DNA from: Antedon mediterranea | Lineage: Eukaryota; Animalia; Echinodermata | Assembly: GCF_964355755.1 (NCBI RefSeq) | Contig: NC_092679.1 | Coordinates: 12,135,432-12,199,431, forward strand | Reading direction: 5' to 3' | DNA length: 64,000 bases | Shown here: in pieces, positions 24,949-38,500 of the stretch | Layout of the letters: every line of letters begins with the position of its first letter | How positions within the stretch are numbered: position 1 is the stretch's first letter | Made by a program: the position numbers and the translations under genes | The notes under the pieces: generated by a model | Databases searched by the model: none | What the model was told of the DNA's origin: nothing | What the model saw: only the letters and a program-made list of their open reading frames with translations

Positions 24949-27525
24949 ACAATTTAAGATAATTTAAAACATAATTTAAGTAACCATCATTACGACAAAA
25001 CAATTCAAGGGATTAGATCTAGAATATAGTTATAGCAATGTTAGGACTATTAAATTGATTAAAGAAACTAAACTAAATAGATTAGTCTAAGATGTGCAAT
25101 ATCTAAGTACTATGTAATGTAATAAGGTTTTAAAAATGTAGATTACTGCAGCACTTGTACTTAAGAAAAACAAAGTAAGATAAGCAATGTAAATTAAAAA
25201 TAATATTGCTATTTTAACATTATAATGGAAAAAAAGCTCTAAGGAAGATATTAATAATACCAATAATAAATTTAATATAGATTATTGATAATAATGATTA
25301 AAATAAGTAATTTGTTTTAGTAATATTCCCGCTATTAAGTTAATGTAAGTTTTTAGTTAGTAATCAATACCAAAAAAGGAGGGGAAAAAAGCAACATTAT
25401 TTAATTAGGTTAAAAAAAAATTGTTAATGATATTTAGTTGATATAAGTTTTTAGTTAGTAAGAATTAAAAAAAAAATTACGAGTTTTTATTTTAATAATA
25501 CATTTTAACTAACTAACTTTGATTTAGTTAGTAAGAAATAATGATAAAAAAAAAACTAATATTGTAATTATTAAAATATTTTCCCTTATTAATTTCGTAT
25601 ATAATAGGTTTTATGCCTATATTATTGTATAGTAAATAATTAAAATAAGTAATTTGTTCAATAATCTTAACTTATTTAAGTTAATATAAGTTTTAGTTCG
25701 ATAAGGAATTTATAAAAAAAAAACAAAAAAAAAACATCCCAGTCTGAAGTCGGAGATGCTACCTCATCGTGGTAGACTGGTGTCAACATTATTTAATTAG
25801 GTTAAAAAAAAATTGTTAATGATATTTAGTTGATATAAGTTTTTAGTTAGTAAGAATTAAAAAAAAAATTACGAGTTTTTATTTTAATAATACATTTTAA
25901 GAGCCATTGTCTGTAAGAATCAAACAAATATCAAAAAGAGTGGCAGACTCAAAAAAATGGATTTCTTTCAAATTTTGCACATGGCTATATATGTGTTGAG
26001 AGAAATCAAATATGAAGTATTTTTTATTCCACACGTATATTTCCATGGCAACGGCCAAATTTGTGTTTTTGACAAATTTTGTCCTTTTTTAAGGTTTTTT
26101 AAAATGGATATTGGCACTAATTTGATGAACGATATTTTTGTGTTGTTCATTTAATTATAAAAAATAATTAGTGTATGCATAATAACAATGCATTGTGTAC
26201 CCGTTTCAAATTTTTTTATTTAATTTTATTTCATACTTTGGGAGATACCATTTATTTAAAAAGGGGTGTTTTTCACTTTTTTTAAATTGTTCAATGCAAC
26301 TAAACTTTACTTCACCATAACGCCCAAAGTGGTGTATTTTTTTAGCTGATTTATTACAAATAGGTAGTTCTAATGTTTAATAATTGATTTCTAAAATAAA
26401 ATACTGGGGTAAATTTAAAATCTACAAGCAGTGTTGCGAGAAACATAGGCATTTTTATAAAAAAAAACATGGTATATTAGTAAAAACATTTTATTTTCTT
26501 TGATTATTTGATTTCAAACTCATTGGTCAGAAAAATTCTTAATGTTTTATATAGTTCTAGTTGTGTTGTGAGAAAAAAAATTAATTTTTAATTTTAGATT
26601 CTGTAATTCCCAGTTTTAATGTCATTTTATATCCTCTGGAAATTTGAATAAATTATCAGATCGTTGTGAATTTTAATCTTTGCAACAGATTACTCCTCTC
26701 TTATTTTGAAGCTCCTCTTTCATTTGTTTACTTCTTTTATTTGCTAACCTAAGCAGATCCCACATGCCCATCCACCACCACTTTCGACTACCACCCCTCC
26801 CCACCCCCACCCCGACTATAACCACAAAAAGATAAACTGCAACACTTTGGTCGATCATCCACTATAGAGTGTCAAATGCATGCATTCAAGCACCACCCAC
26901 ACTGTCGCTACTATCGCCCCAATGAATAGACGGATTCAAACTCCTCCATCCCACCCCCTCCCCCTTTCTCCAAGCCCCCACCCACCCCAAGTTAAAAATT
27001 GCAATGCAAAAGATAGGACATAAAGTTAAGTTTTTAGACCCTCGCCTTCAACCACCTAACTATTTAAAAGTCCTGGATCCACCACTTTCCCCTCCCCAAA
27101 ATAGAACCAATCAAAAGTCAATGATATACTCAGGTATGTTAATGCTACATAACAAATATTGAAGCCCTGATTTGAAATTTCATTTCATTTAAGGTCAGCA
27201 TGTAAAATATCACACTTTATTATTAAATATTGGTTTTAAATTCTATATTTTTTTTACTGTGATGGTTGGATTCAGTAATAATTATTAATTAATAATTATC
27301 TGATAATTATTTAATTTCCCTTAGTTATGCATAGCAACAGTTACTATGGTAACTAAAAATGAGATATTCTTTAGATTTTGCATATTTATCTCATACAAAT
27401 TTAAATTTGTAGATTATTAGCAGGCATGCCTTATTTGCATTTTCAAATTACCGTTTCACAAGTTCATATTCGTAAGCACTTTCTTCTGTGATTATTTTTA
27501 TTCATGAAAACCCCATATTTTATTT

Positions 27526-28819
27526 ACAGCGGCCACCTCCCTTAAACGGACGCACTTTGAAAAGCCTGTTTGTTCTTCCTATCTAATTAGTGCATTTGGT
27601 GCTTACCGTAGCAGCTGCGAGCACCTTTTTATACTAACAAGGCCAACAGCCATTAAGTCGCGTGCTACAAGGCATAGTGATACCGGACCGACAGACAGAC
27701 CGACCGACCGACATAGTGAACTATACTGACCGAAATTACTGAACATGTTTAAAAATGTTGAAATGTTTAAAAACATTTATATTTTTTTAATTTACACGTG
27801 CGTAGCCTGTCACTTTTGACGTGCTCGTATAACGTAATTTCGAGTTGAAAAGTAAGTCAAGAAAACAGAAATCGGGCAAAAAGAGTTCGCAATAACATTT
27901 AACGCGCAGTGCGCACCCAAAAATATGCGCACTCATGGCAATTTTGTAAACGCTTAAAATTGCCGGAAACGTACTCTTATTTCATCGAAAATAAATTTTG
28001 AAAATGTTAAGTGCGCGTACGCATGCGTTACATGCGCTACGCACGTAATTGTATTGCCATATGATGATTTATGCCCTGAAATTTATGAGTACCAAATTTT
28101 ATTTAATTGTGATTCATGGTTGTGAAGATATGATTACAAACGTGATTTCGTTAAATCGTGCGTAGACCGCGTAATTTTTTATTGCTCACCGTGAAAACAT
28201 AACCACATCGATTCCTGGCCATAAGGAATATTCTGTGAAAAATTGACTCTAGATTAAACTGATATCAAGATAAGGTCAGAAAGCGATAAAACGCATAGTG
28301 ATACCGGACCGACAGACAGACAGACAGACCGACCGACAGACAGACAGACCGACCAACCGACCGACATAGTGAACTATAGAGTCGCTTCCACGCGACTAAA
28401 AATGAGATTTTTTGTAAGCGGCCAATCGAAAAATGTGATACTTATTGCATGGACCTATGAATTAGAGGTGCAAGTTTATTGTATTTCTTTATATATTAGC
28501 TTTATTTTGAAGAGGTTTTAAAAACATTACTGTGAAGAGATGAGAAAACTACACAGATTTTGACCGACCATTTTTCATATGATAAAAGTTTTTAAAATTT
28601 GTCTAAAAATGCTAAAAAATACTAAACCACCTGATTATAAATAATAATATGCCTACAATTAGCTGGAAAATTGAGAGGCTCGTTTCGTTAAGAATATCGT
28701 ATATAGCCAAAATAAGTGATTTTGGCCCTTTATCGGCAGAACCTCCCGTAAGGGGTCATCGCCCGTAAGCGGCCACTTTTCCAGGTCCCGAGGGTGGCCA
28801 CTTATGGGAGGTTCAACTG
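27526..28819. mobile_element. Tc1/pogo MITE (family of 540-1037) split by a HINE insertion
   Basis: Homologous to 540-1037 on both sides of 27636-28402; right end GAGGTTCAACTG|TA. Confidence 0.8.
27636..28402 (+). mobile_element. HINE/DINE-1-like element
   Basis: Near-identical to 22092-22867. Confidence 0.8.
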
Positions 28820-30874
28820 TATTTAACTAAACAATTATCCTTAGTTACGCATAGAAACAGGTTCTAAGATAACATAAATAATACATTTTGACATAACTTG
28901 ACCCAAAAAATGACCCTTTCACAAGGTCAGACATTTTCTGGGATTCAGTAGATAAGTAAATTTGGGAAAAGGTAGTAAAGCTATGTAATCAATTGTTTGT
29001 AGTCATGAAACCCCATATTAAAAATATTGTACTTAGTTACGTATAGAAACAGTTGCTACAATACACTATAGGTAAAATGTTGATGTCATTTGACCTCAAT
29101 ATGTAAAAAAATTTTTTTTTTCATGAAACTCCATATTTAATTTTTTTTTTTAAATATCATTTGTTACGTTAACAGGTTTAAGATAACACTAAAGGTCATT
29201 TTTTTAACCTTTATTCAGATTCGTCAAGACTTTCTTTCTGAGATTATTAGGATTCAGTATTTAAAGTAAATTTGGCAAAAAGTAGAAATGTAAAGCTATG
29301 TAGAAAAAATGTTTTTTATTTATGAAAAACCCCTTATTTTTTTTTTAATTTTCGCATAGAAACAGTTACTATGGTAAAATGTTGACATCAAAATGAATGA
29401 ATTTACAAGGTCAAGTTTGTCATTAATGGAATGCAGTAGAAGTAAAATTGAGAAACATGTACAAATGCAATCAATTCTTTGTATTTATAAAAACGCCATT
29501 TTTTACGTTTTTTAAAAAATTACTTTCCTTAGTCACACATAGAAATGGTTGCTAAGGTAACACTATAGGTAAAATATGAAAATTGTTGAGAATTGTTATG
29601 AACTATCTTGTAAATTTTGATCAAACATTAATAGTTGTAGTAAAGTGGGGACCTGTCCTGTTTTGCATTCTGACCCCTTTTGACCTCAAATGACCTATTT
29701 ACAAGGTCAGATTTTTTGGGAGGTCTTTCTGTATCTCTTTACACAAAATAGATTTAAAAATTTATAAAAACCATTGACTCAATTATTTCCAAGTTTAACA
29801 TTATTTTCCATCAACTAAATATTTCAATGCAAAATACTGTTTTTCTGGCAATTAATTGAAATAAACCTGGCAACACATTCTCCTATTTTATCTAAACTAT
29901 TCGTATGACTCTAGTAGCATTATGACAAGCCACATATACATTTTATTATTGGATTAGCCATATTTAAATTGTGTTTCATGTGTTTTGTTTGTTGATATTT
30001 TGTTATATTTTTTGCATTTTTCGTATTTTCCTGGCAACACAAAACCTATGTACGAAATTTACCCCAGTGTTTTTTTCGTGATTATTGTTGACAAACCTAT
30101 TGACTATCAAATCAAAAAACCTCATTGATTTAAAAACACCACTTTGGAAGTTATAGGTACGTTTATGAGGTATACTTTTATAAAAAAAATATTTTTTAAA
30201 AACACCCCTTTTTAAAATAATGGTATCAACCAAACTCCATTTTGTAATTTTTTATTTTCTACATTAAATGGAACTCAATACATGTTGTTTACACTGCTAT
30301 AAACAAAAACTGTATACTGTAAGTATTTTTGGTTAGAATAAGTATACAAGTTTGTACTTTTTCACTATAGAAAATCTGTGAAAAATGGCAAAAACATCAA
30401 CATTTGGATAATTGACCGTTGTTAATTAATTATTAATTATTAATAATTAATTTCGTATATAATAGGTTTTAGGCCTATATTATTGTATAGTATATAATTA
30501 AAATAAGTAATTTGTTCAATAATCTTAAAAGTAAATATAAGTTTTAGTTCGATAAGGAATTTATAAAAAAAAAACAAAAAAAAACATCCCAGTCTGAAGT
30601 CGGAGATGCTACCTCATCGTGGTAGACTGGTGTCAACATCATTGGTAACCAAACTGGTACCAAGATGGCTAACAGCATCACGCATATCTTGTACCATAGT
30701 TACAGTCGCACACTAAAACCACACATGTGTGCTGTCACGGATGTAGGCCACTTATTGAGTGTGAAAATATCAAAAATAATCTAATATATAAAAAGTACGT
30801 ACAGTATTATATTTGTTGGAAGGATTGCATGACAAAAACATTAGGTGTACAGGTAGGAATTATAAGTAAGTTTT

Positions 30875-31393
30875 AATTCGTCACTATGACGAATTATAGG
30901 TCCCGAGCATTCTGACGATCTATATTAATTTTAAAAATTAGCATATTTTCACCATTTTTTAATCTTACACGAGCGTAGCCTGTCACTTTTGACGTGCTCG
31001 TATTTACGCAATTTCGAGTTGATAAGTAAATCAAATATGATGATATTATTAAAGAAAGGTTTTTAAACAAAAATCGGGCAAAAAGAGTGCATATTACCGT
31101 TTAACGCGCAGAGCGCGTGCAAAAATCTTCGCACTCATGGCAATTTTTTAAAGGCTTAAAATTGCCTGAAACGTTCTCTAATTTCATCAAAAATAAATGT
31201 TGCCAATTTTGAAAACATAATCACATCCACATCGCTTCCTGGTCATAAGGAATACACTCTGAAAAATTGACTTAGCTAGATGAAACTGATATCAAGATAA
31301 TTGACGGACAAAATAGTGCTAAGGAAAGAATAAATAAACAAAGATTCTGACAGAATCAATAAGGTTATGCATGATTAATGCATAAAACCTAAT
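30875..31393 (+). mobile_element. HINE-like element
   Basis: AATTCGTCACTATGACGAATT start, hairpin end AGGTTATGCAT..ATGCATAAAACCT; core shared with the 22092 family. Confidence 0.7.
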
Positions 31394-32129
31394 AATTGAT
31401 TGAAATCGCGTTATATAAATCTGTGCAGTTAAAAAAAAACCTTTTCTCCTATTAAACCGGGATGCGACGCTAAAAGTAGCCCTACCGTCGTGTTCTTTAT
31501 TAAATAAGTGCGCCCACTGAATTTTCTTTCCAAATGTATAATAATCACGGTACAGTGGAACCCCGATTAAAAGGGAAACAGGATTGGACCCGGAACAGGA
31601 GTAGTTTCCTCTTTAAAATATTAATGTCGAAATAGGGTTGAGTTAGAAAATGGATGTAAAAGTGTCAAGATGATTTTTACCACCCCCCCCCCCCCCCCCA
31701 CCAAAAAAAAGGCGTAAATTACGACATACATATACATATATATTACGTACCGATGCCCAAATCAAACTTAAACCGCAACTTTTAGACATTCATCGCGCTC
31801 CATAGATACGCACTGTACTTGTTTTTGTGTGACGTATGGTCTATTCGCACGTGTGAATGGCCAGAAGTTGTGCCTCTGATGATACACGACGCAACATGCA
31901 TCATCAATCAACACATCTCCGTTTTTGACACAGTACACGCGCGCGTGGTGTGTGTGTACGTAAGTCGTGTGGCAAAAAGGAAGGTAGGTATGGTAATGTG
32001 TGTGGTACGTTATTCAATTACTAGCCTAGTTCATTAGCTCAACAAGAAGTGATCTCAAATTTAATTTAGATCATTGGTTTCAGAGCTGTTTACGTGTAAG
32101 TAGGCCCCACCACACACAGGCTAGAGAGA

Positions 32130-32490
32130 GGAGAGAGAGGGCCTAGTTAGGCCTAACTTAACTAGGTAGGGTAGGCCTAGGCCTAGCTAGCCTAGCCCTA
32201 GCTAGGCTAGGCCTAGGCCTAGTCTCAGTCTAGTAGGCTAGGCGGGCCCTAGGCCTAACTAGGGCCTAGGCCTTGCTTGGCCTAGCCTAGGAGTAGTACT
32301 AGGCCTAGTAGTAGCCTAGGCCTCCTAGTAGTGTAGGCTACCTGCTAGGCCTCTACTTCTAGGTTACCTAGTAGGCTAAGGCTAGCCCTGGCCCTACTAT
32401 CTAAACAGCTAGCTAGTAGAGGGCCAGCAGGCCTAGTCCTAGCTAGAGTATAGGCCTAGGCTAGGTAGGAGGCCTAGCCTAGTAGGGTAG
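32130..32490. repeat. CCTAGG/AGGCCT/CTAG low-complexity palindromic tract
   Basis: Dense GGCCTA/CTAG words just downstream of the GTAAGT donor at 32096. Confidence 0.8.
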
Positions 32491-32536
32491 TCAGTTTTTC
32501 TGAGTTTGCCACAACATTTCACATTCATTCATTGAG

Positions 32537-35500
32537 ATGGGTGGTTTTATGGTGTCATTTCATCCCGGTTAGATTTTTATTAGTATATTACTAAACTACC
32601 CTATATTAATAAATTAACACTCACTAGCCTAGGGGCCTATCTATGGTGACGAGCATTACAATTTGTTTTATGTATGTAGGCCTAGCCAAAAATCCGCATG
32701 ATTTCCGCTGAACGTCGCGAAATCCGAAAAAAATTACTATTTTAGGCAGGTTTTTTCAATGTAGCCTAACTCTGTTCTTATTTTACCGATTTTTATGGCT
32801 ATTTCGGCACTGTAATAAATAATTAATTACCTATAATTATTTTTAATTCTTAATTTCATGGAAAATCCTAAAATCGTCCTATTTTATGTTAAAGTATAGG
32901 CCTAGGCACATTCGTAAAATTTTCTGATCCTGATACAAAAATGTCTATAACTTTTGAGTTCTCCAATTTGATGGCTCTTTGACCATGCTAAAACTGACCA
33001 ATCAAACTTGTATATGAGCTAAAAAATAATTAGATTGGTTGATATTGCTAGTCGGCACACCCCTTTCTTTACAAAGCATTCTCTTTGATTTTCAGTACTG
33101 CTAGTGTTAAAAGATAGGAGACATTTCAAAAGCCAGCGATCTGGTAGGCCTAATGAGCAGTCTTAACGTAACAAGTAAACTGAAATTGCATTTTCTCGAG
33201 AACTACTTATAATTTGTGATTTGTAATTTTAAAACATAATTTGATTTAATGTACGTTTTTTTTATACAACTAGTTTAAAAAAACCCATTAAAAAAAAAAA
33301 TTCACCCCGCGTCCATTATGCTATAGTGACTTTTTTTTTTCAATTTTCACAGTTGATAATTGTTCTATTGTTAGTCAATTTAAATTATTGTTAGTTGATA
33401 AAATTAATGTTATTCTGTTACTATTTTCAGTATTTTTTTAGTACCAGCATATGTGTCATTGTTTATTTCATTCTGTAAAACTTACATCTCAGTAAAGTGA
33501 TACAGCCCTGCATGGTTAATTAGGCACCACTGTCTTAGGAAGATGATCAAGATCAGCCGATAAGAACATAACGCTTTAATATTAAATGGGCCAAAAAAAC
33601 AAACAAATTGTAATGACTAGCGATATTCTATCTATATTAGGTCAGAATCAGCTTAGCATCTCTGCGACAGTCCTCTCCCAATGGTGGGGCCTGTGGCAAA
33701 GCGAAATTTAATTTGCATCCCTAGATTGTCAGAAATGGTAAAATTCGTGAAAAATGGATATTGATTGAATGTTCTTATAAATTTTTAACTGTTCTAGTCT
33801 GCTGTATATCGAATGTTAGTCCAGTATTACTATTATGGCTTGTGACTCAACAGATACAAGATCTCCATTGTCAGAAAAAAATGGTAATGTTAACTGGACA
33901 ATAAAGAAGACCAATGAAATATCTAAGGTATGCCAGCTTGAATCGAACACTTAGAATGTATGTGTACGTAGGAATTTAAAATTCTTTTCAGTTTCTAATC
34001 AAATTGGAGCATATATATGATTATTCGTTACAGGTTTTGGAGTTTATCTTTTTGCTGCAAACACAATATAAAAACAGTAGAGGCTCAGTATTGAGTATTA
34101 ACATGATAGAAGATGCAACCATTTCATCAGCAACAACAATGTGTTGTATTGTTGAAATTAAAGGTGATGGTGAATGGACACAACATTTTGATGTTGAACA
34201 ATTATTTACAGGTATCAGATAACTTTCATAGTATTACTCAAACATTTATGTTATGGTAATGACGCACCCCTTAGTGCGCGTCAAGAAATTGACTTACCTT
34301 TAAGTGACAATGACGCACCCATTTTGATGCACTGTGACCATGTTTCATTGATATGACGTACGTAAGTTATTTGTTAATGACACACCTAGTGTCATACAGT
34401 TGACAAGTGCATAAATAATATCAACTATAACAACACTGTATATTAGAAATGGCACACCACCATGTGATGAAAAGGGTATGCCTACAGTATGTGTGTCCAA
34501 AATGTTCTCAGTGATCATGTCGAGTAAAATGTGTTATTCAAATAGGGTACTTCAGACTTTTTTGTATTTGATGAGTTCAGAAGAATTTGTACAGTATGGA
34601 GAAGATGTAATAAAACCCTAAATAAATTATTATATCTAAAGTTACAAGATCTGATTTAGTTGTGAAGCCCTGTTACAACTGGATCAATATCAACACCAAA
34701 TTATATCAATATGAATCTATATCCGCATGTATAAAAGTATGAACTCACAAAAAGTTCTTGTTAATTCAAAGAATGTAATACTAGGCCTACCAACATTCTT
34801 GATGTTTCTGAACCAGACACTGAATAAAAAAAACAAAACAATTTTTTTCATTTCAAGGAGATAATCCATGTAAAAGATATATTGTCCCCCAGAAAAGATA
34901 TTTACCTGAAAATGGAATAACTTGATTAAAACTACAAAATTCAAAGTCCAACTTTATTAATCTTCATTTTTCATGTTTTTGGGGGACAATACATTATTAA
35001 TGTTAAAACAGCTCCAAATTTATAAATGCAAAAAATAAAAAAATCATAAACCAATAATTGAAGGGTTTTTGTTTTTAAAAACCCCTGTTTTGATTGTCAT
35101 GGTTTCACTTGTGTTTCACTATAAATACCCTTGGCTCAAGTATTGTTATAATATGTTCAACTTTACTTTCGATTTTGTTGTATTCGTTGTTTGCTTTGTA
35201 AATATGCAAGTGAATAAATAGCTTTTTAAAATGCTGTTATCAAGTTTTATTATAATCGGACACTTAATCGATGAGCTGATAAAAACGATTGTGTTATTCA
35301 TATTCATATATTTAAGTATTCGTATTTGTGCAATAGCTTGGTTTTACAGCCTCGATAAACAAAGTATGAAGAGAGAGTAGAGAAAATCAGTAAAATAGCT
35401 TACAGAATATTAATAGGAATTAAAGATTAAGAACGCGAAGATATTGTTAACAAGGTGCCATAAGTAAAAATGTGATTATGTCGGATGAGTATCACCCTCT

Positions 35501-38500
35501 CCACCATTACCTTGTCTTTATTAAGTCAGGGCGTTTAGTGTGGAATACATTTTCCATATGGAAAACCAATAGAATGAGAAACTCGTTTCTCCCTACTGCA
35601 ATGAGGCAGTTGCATGAAACATGGAAATGTGGATATTTTTATGCTACACACACCAATCTTGCTTGATTTTGTATTTTAAACAATGTATTTTATCTGTATT
35701 TTATTTTAAACTATGTGTTTTTTATCTGTATTTTACCAAATTGGTTCTTTTTTTTATTATAACAGGAGAGATTGAACCATTATTGTCTGTTATACTAGCC
35801 ACTGTTGGAACTTTTGAAATTGATGTCAAAGTTCATGAGGAGAATCAAATGAGACATGCTAACGTTTCAGTAGAAGATGGTGATGATATAGCTATTAAGT
35901 TCTCACAAACAGATTGCACTGGTGATGAGAATGATTTCTACTGTAAATATCTGGTATGTTTCAACTATATAGAGAGTTTTTGATTTGAGTTTTGGACTCC
36001 ACAACATGACTTTGGTAAACTTCTGTATCTCAGACAGAGGGAAAACAGCAAGATCCCACCAAATTTGGCAGTTGACTTGTTAGTTGACTTGACACACATC
36101 TACCTAACCAATCAATTAATTGTGTTGGTTACAGTAGTTTTATTGAGAGCCATAGTGAAATCAACTCTCCAAAGTGGCTTTGGGTCACCACTAACTCTAT
36201 GTCTAGCTGGTATTTAACTGACTTTTGCTGTTCTTTAACTTTCCAACTCACATAAACAAGCTTGGGTCACTCTTCCTGATGATCATTTCACTTTTGATTA
36301 TATTTATCGGATATTAATCAGAAGTTGCAAAAGTATTTGCACTACATTCTGTTTCTGTTTTACCTGAAGATTGAACGAGTGAGTGAGTGGCCGAGCGGTT
36401 AAGACAGTGGAACCGTAATTACGTAGCCATAACATCGGCAGGGGTTCGAGGCTCACTCACTCCATGGTTCTGGTGGTAGAACGAGTCTTCTCGGATAAGG
36501 ACTATAAACTGTAGGTCCAGTGTACACATCTAGCTCGTGTCGTGTGTACTTTAAAGAACCTAGTACATCTTTCGAGACGAGTAGGGGGTTACCCCGGTGT
36601 ATTAGTACATCACAGCCACTGATCACCAACTGGGCCCTCTGGGAGACCAGTCTTTGACTGAAGAGGTTACCCAGTATAAATATAAATTTCAATTCAATTC
36701 AACTAGCTGACTGACTGCTTGGTTCAGTTGACCACCATTGAAATAAGCTTTTAATTAACCTCTAGGTCTAATTGGTTATCATATGTGGTTAAAATTATTA
36801 TCTAATGTGAATACATACTTAATAAATTGTAAAATGCTAGTTTTAGTATTGAGAGCATAACTGAAATCGTTTTTATAAAGGATATTTTTTTTAGATTGTT
36901 ATTACAAGAAAAAACCTGTTGCAATTGTTGGTAGAGCTCAAGAGCTATATCCACTCTGTCTTCGTGCTTAATAACTTGGTATGTGCTTCAGTTTTTTTGT
37001 TAACACAATTATGTCTTCTGCAGTTATTCAACAATTTTGGAAAAATTTTATATTTTTAGTGACTGAAGTAGAAGTAAACAAAAGATAGAAAGAAATGTTT
37101 TAAAAACAATTTTAGACTTTTGTTACTTTTATAGCCTTTGGTTGGCCTAAATATAGAAACATCACAACATTCAGAAAAGACAATGTTTGGGTAAGATTCA
37201 AATTATTTTTGCAATACAAAAAACTATAGATTCTTGAAGATCCCACCTTATTGTAACAAACTAGATTCTTGTTTCTTTCTTCTTTATACTGAGAACCTCA
37301 AAGACACAGCCACAGGGACCAGTAGCCTACTTAAGGAACTGGTTTTTGTTCTTATTCTAGAAGACTCGTTCTACCACCAGGACCATGTAATGAGTCATCT
37401 CTTGGTTGCCAATATTATGGCTACGGTTCCACTGTTAGAGCATCTAGTACACGCAGCCCTGGCTTATTATGTAACCCTATTTGTAGTGAGCTAATCATAA
37501 CACCACCGCAACTGGATATCATATTGTGTGTAGCTCTGGCTGAAACACAATATCTAGTTAAACAATAAAATACAATCAGTAAACCTCTAGCTTTTCTATG
37601 GACCTGCAGCAACATTTTAAATATTATTAGTTCAGGTTTTTCAGCCAATGTGAATGTAGGCCGCCCTCTATACTGTAGTATAATTAGTATAGTAAATTAC
37701 CAATAATGTATCTAGATCGAAATATGGTTTTGTTTAACCACCATCATAACATAGTGTGAGGTATACATTACCAAGAATTAGATGCACATTTTTCTATGCA
37801 AGACTGTTAAATTTTATTTTCGGTCTACCATCAATTTGTTGGTGTAGAAAAACATTCACTGTACAATATATTAATTTATTTTAACAGAAATAAAATTTAT
37901 TGAAACAGTTGATAATGATTGCTGGCTGATAAAGTGTTGAACATTATATAAAATGCATAATTCTTATTCAACATGATATAGAAGACTATAGTATATATGT
38001 TGTAATTATTATAAAACATCACAGACACAGAATAAATTCTAAACCGCTTAATTAAATAATTAATTTGAAATGACAAAGATGAGGAAATCTGTGAGAATGA
38101 GAAAAAGTTGCCCCAACCGAGATTCAAACCCGGAACCTTCTGCTTGATATGCAGATGTCCTAACCATTAGACACTGGGGCTTTCATGGTATTCAAACTTC
38201 GATTGTTATATTATTATAACTATGTAGGGCTTAAAATGTTTGATAATATACATAAAGAATCACAAACAATAGGCAATAATGAACAAAATTAAACTTCCTG
38301 TCCATTCATGTTATGTGACCCTGTTGGACTGTGCCATTCATGTTTGTATTTTTACGTGATGAGAGTGTTACCCCTGCTAGCACGACACAAAACAAATTTG
38401 TCGTGTAATAAAGTACTATGAAGTAACCAAGTTTTATTTTTATTTCTGATACATATCTAGCTCTACCAGTGGTAGCACTGTAATCAGATGATCTAGTAAT

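Larger units (their letters stand above)
25901..30421. mobile_element. Sola3-like non-autonomous element, right end truncated
   Basis: TTAA|GAG start; inverted homology between ~26040-26460 and ~30020-30420; contains a nested MITE and HINE. Confidence 0.55.

Noticed and set aside
33431-33737. Alternative 5' coding exons for TOP6BL (33431, 33641, 33725)
   Set aside because: No in-frame ATG chain could be established; the start remains uncertain and 32537 is only tentative.
36378-36465. Functional tRNA gene
   Set aside because: It is a SINE head followed by body and tail; the tRNA-like segments at 5272, 38105 and 43950 are likewise repeat-embedded and degenerate.
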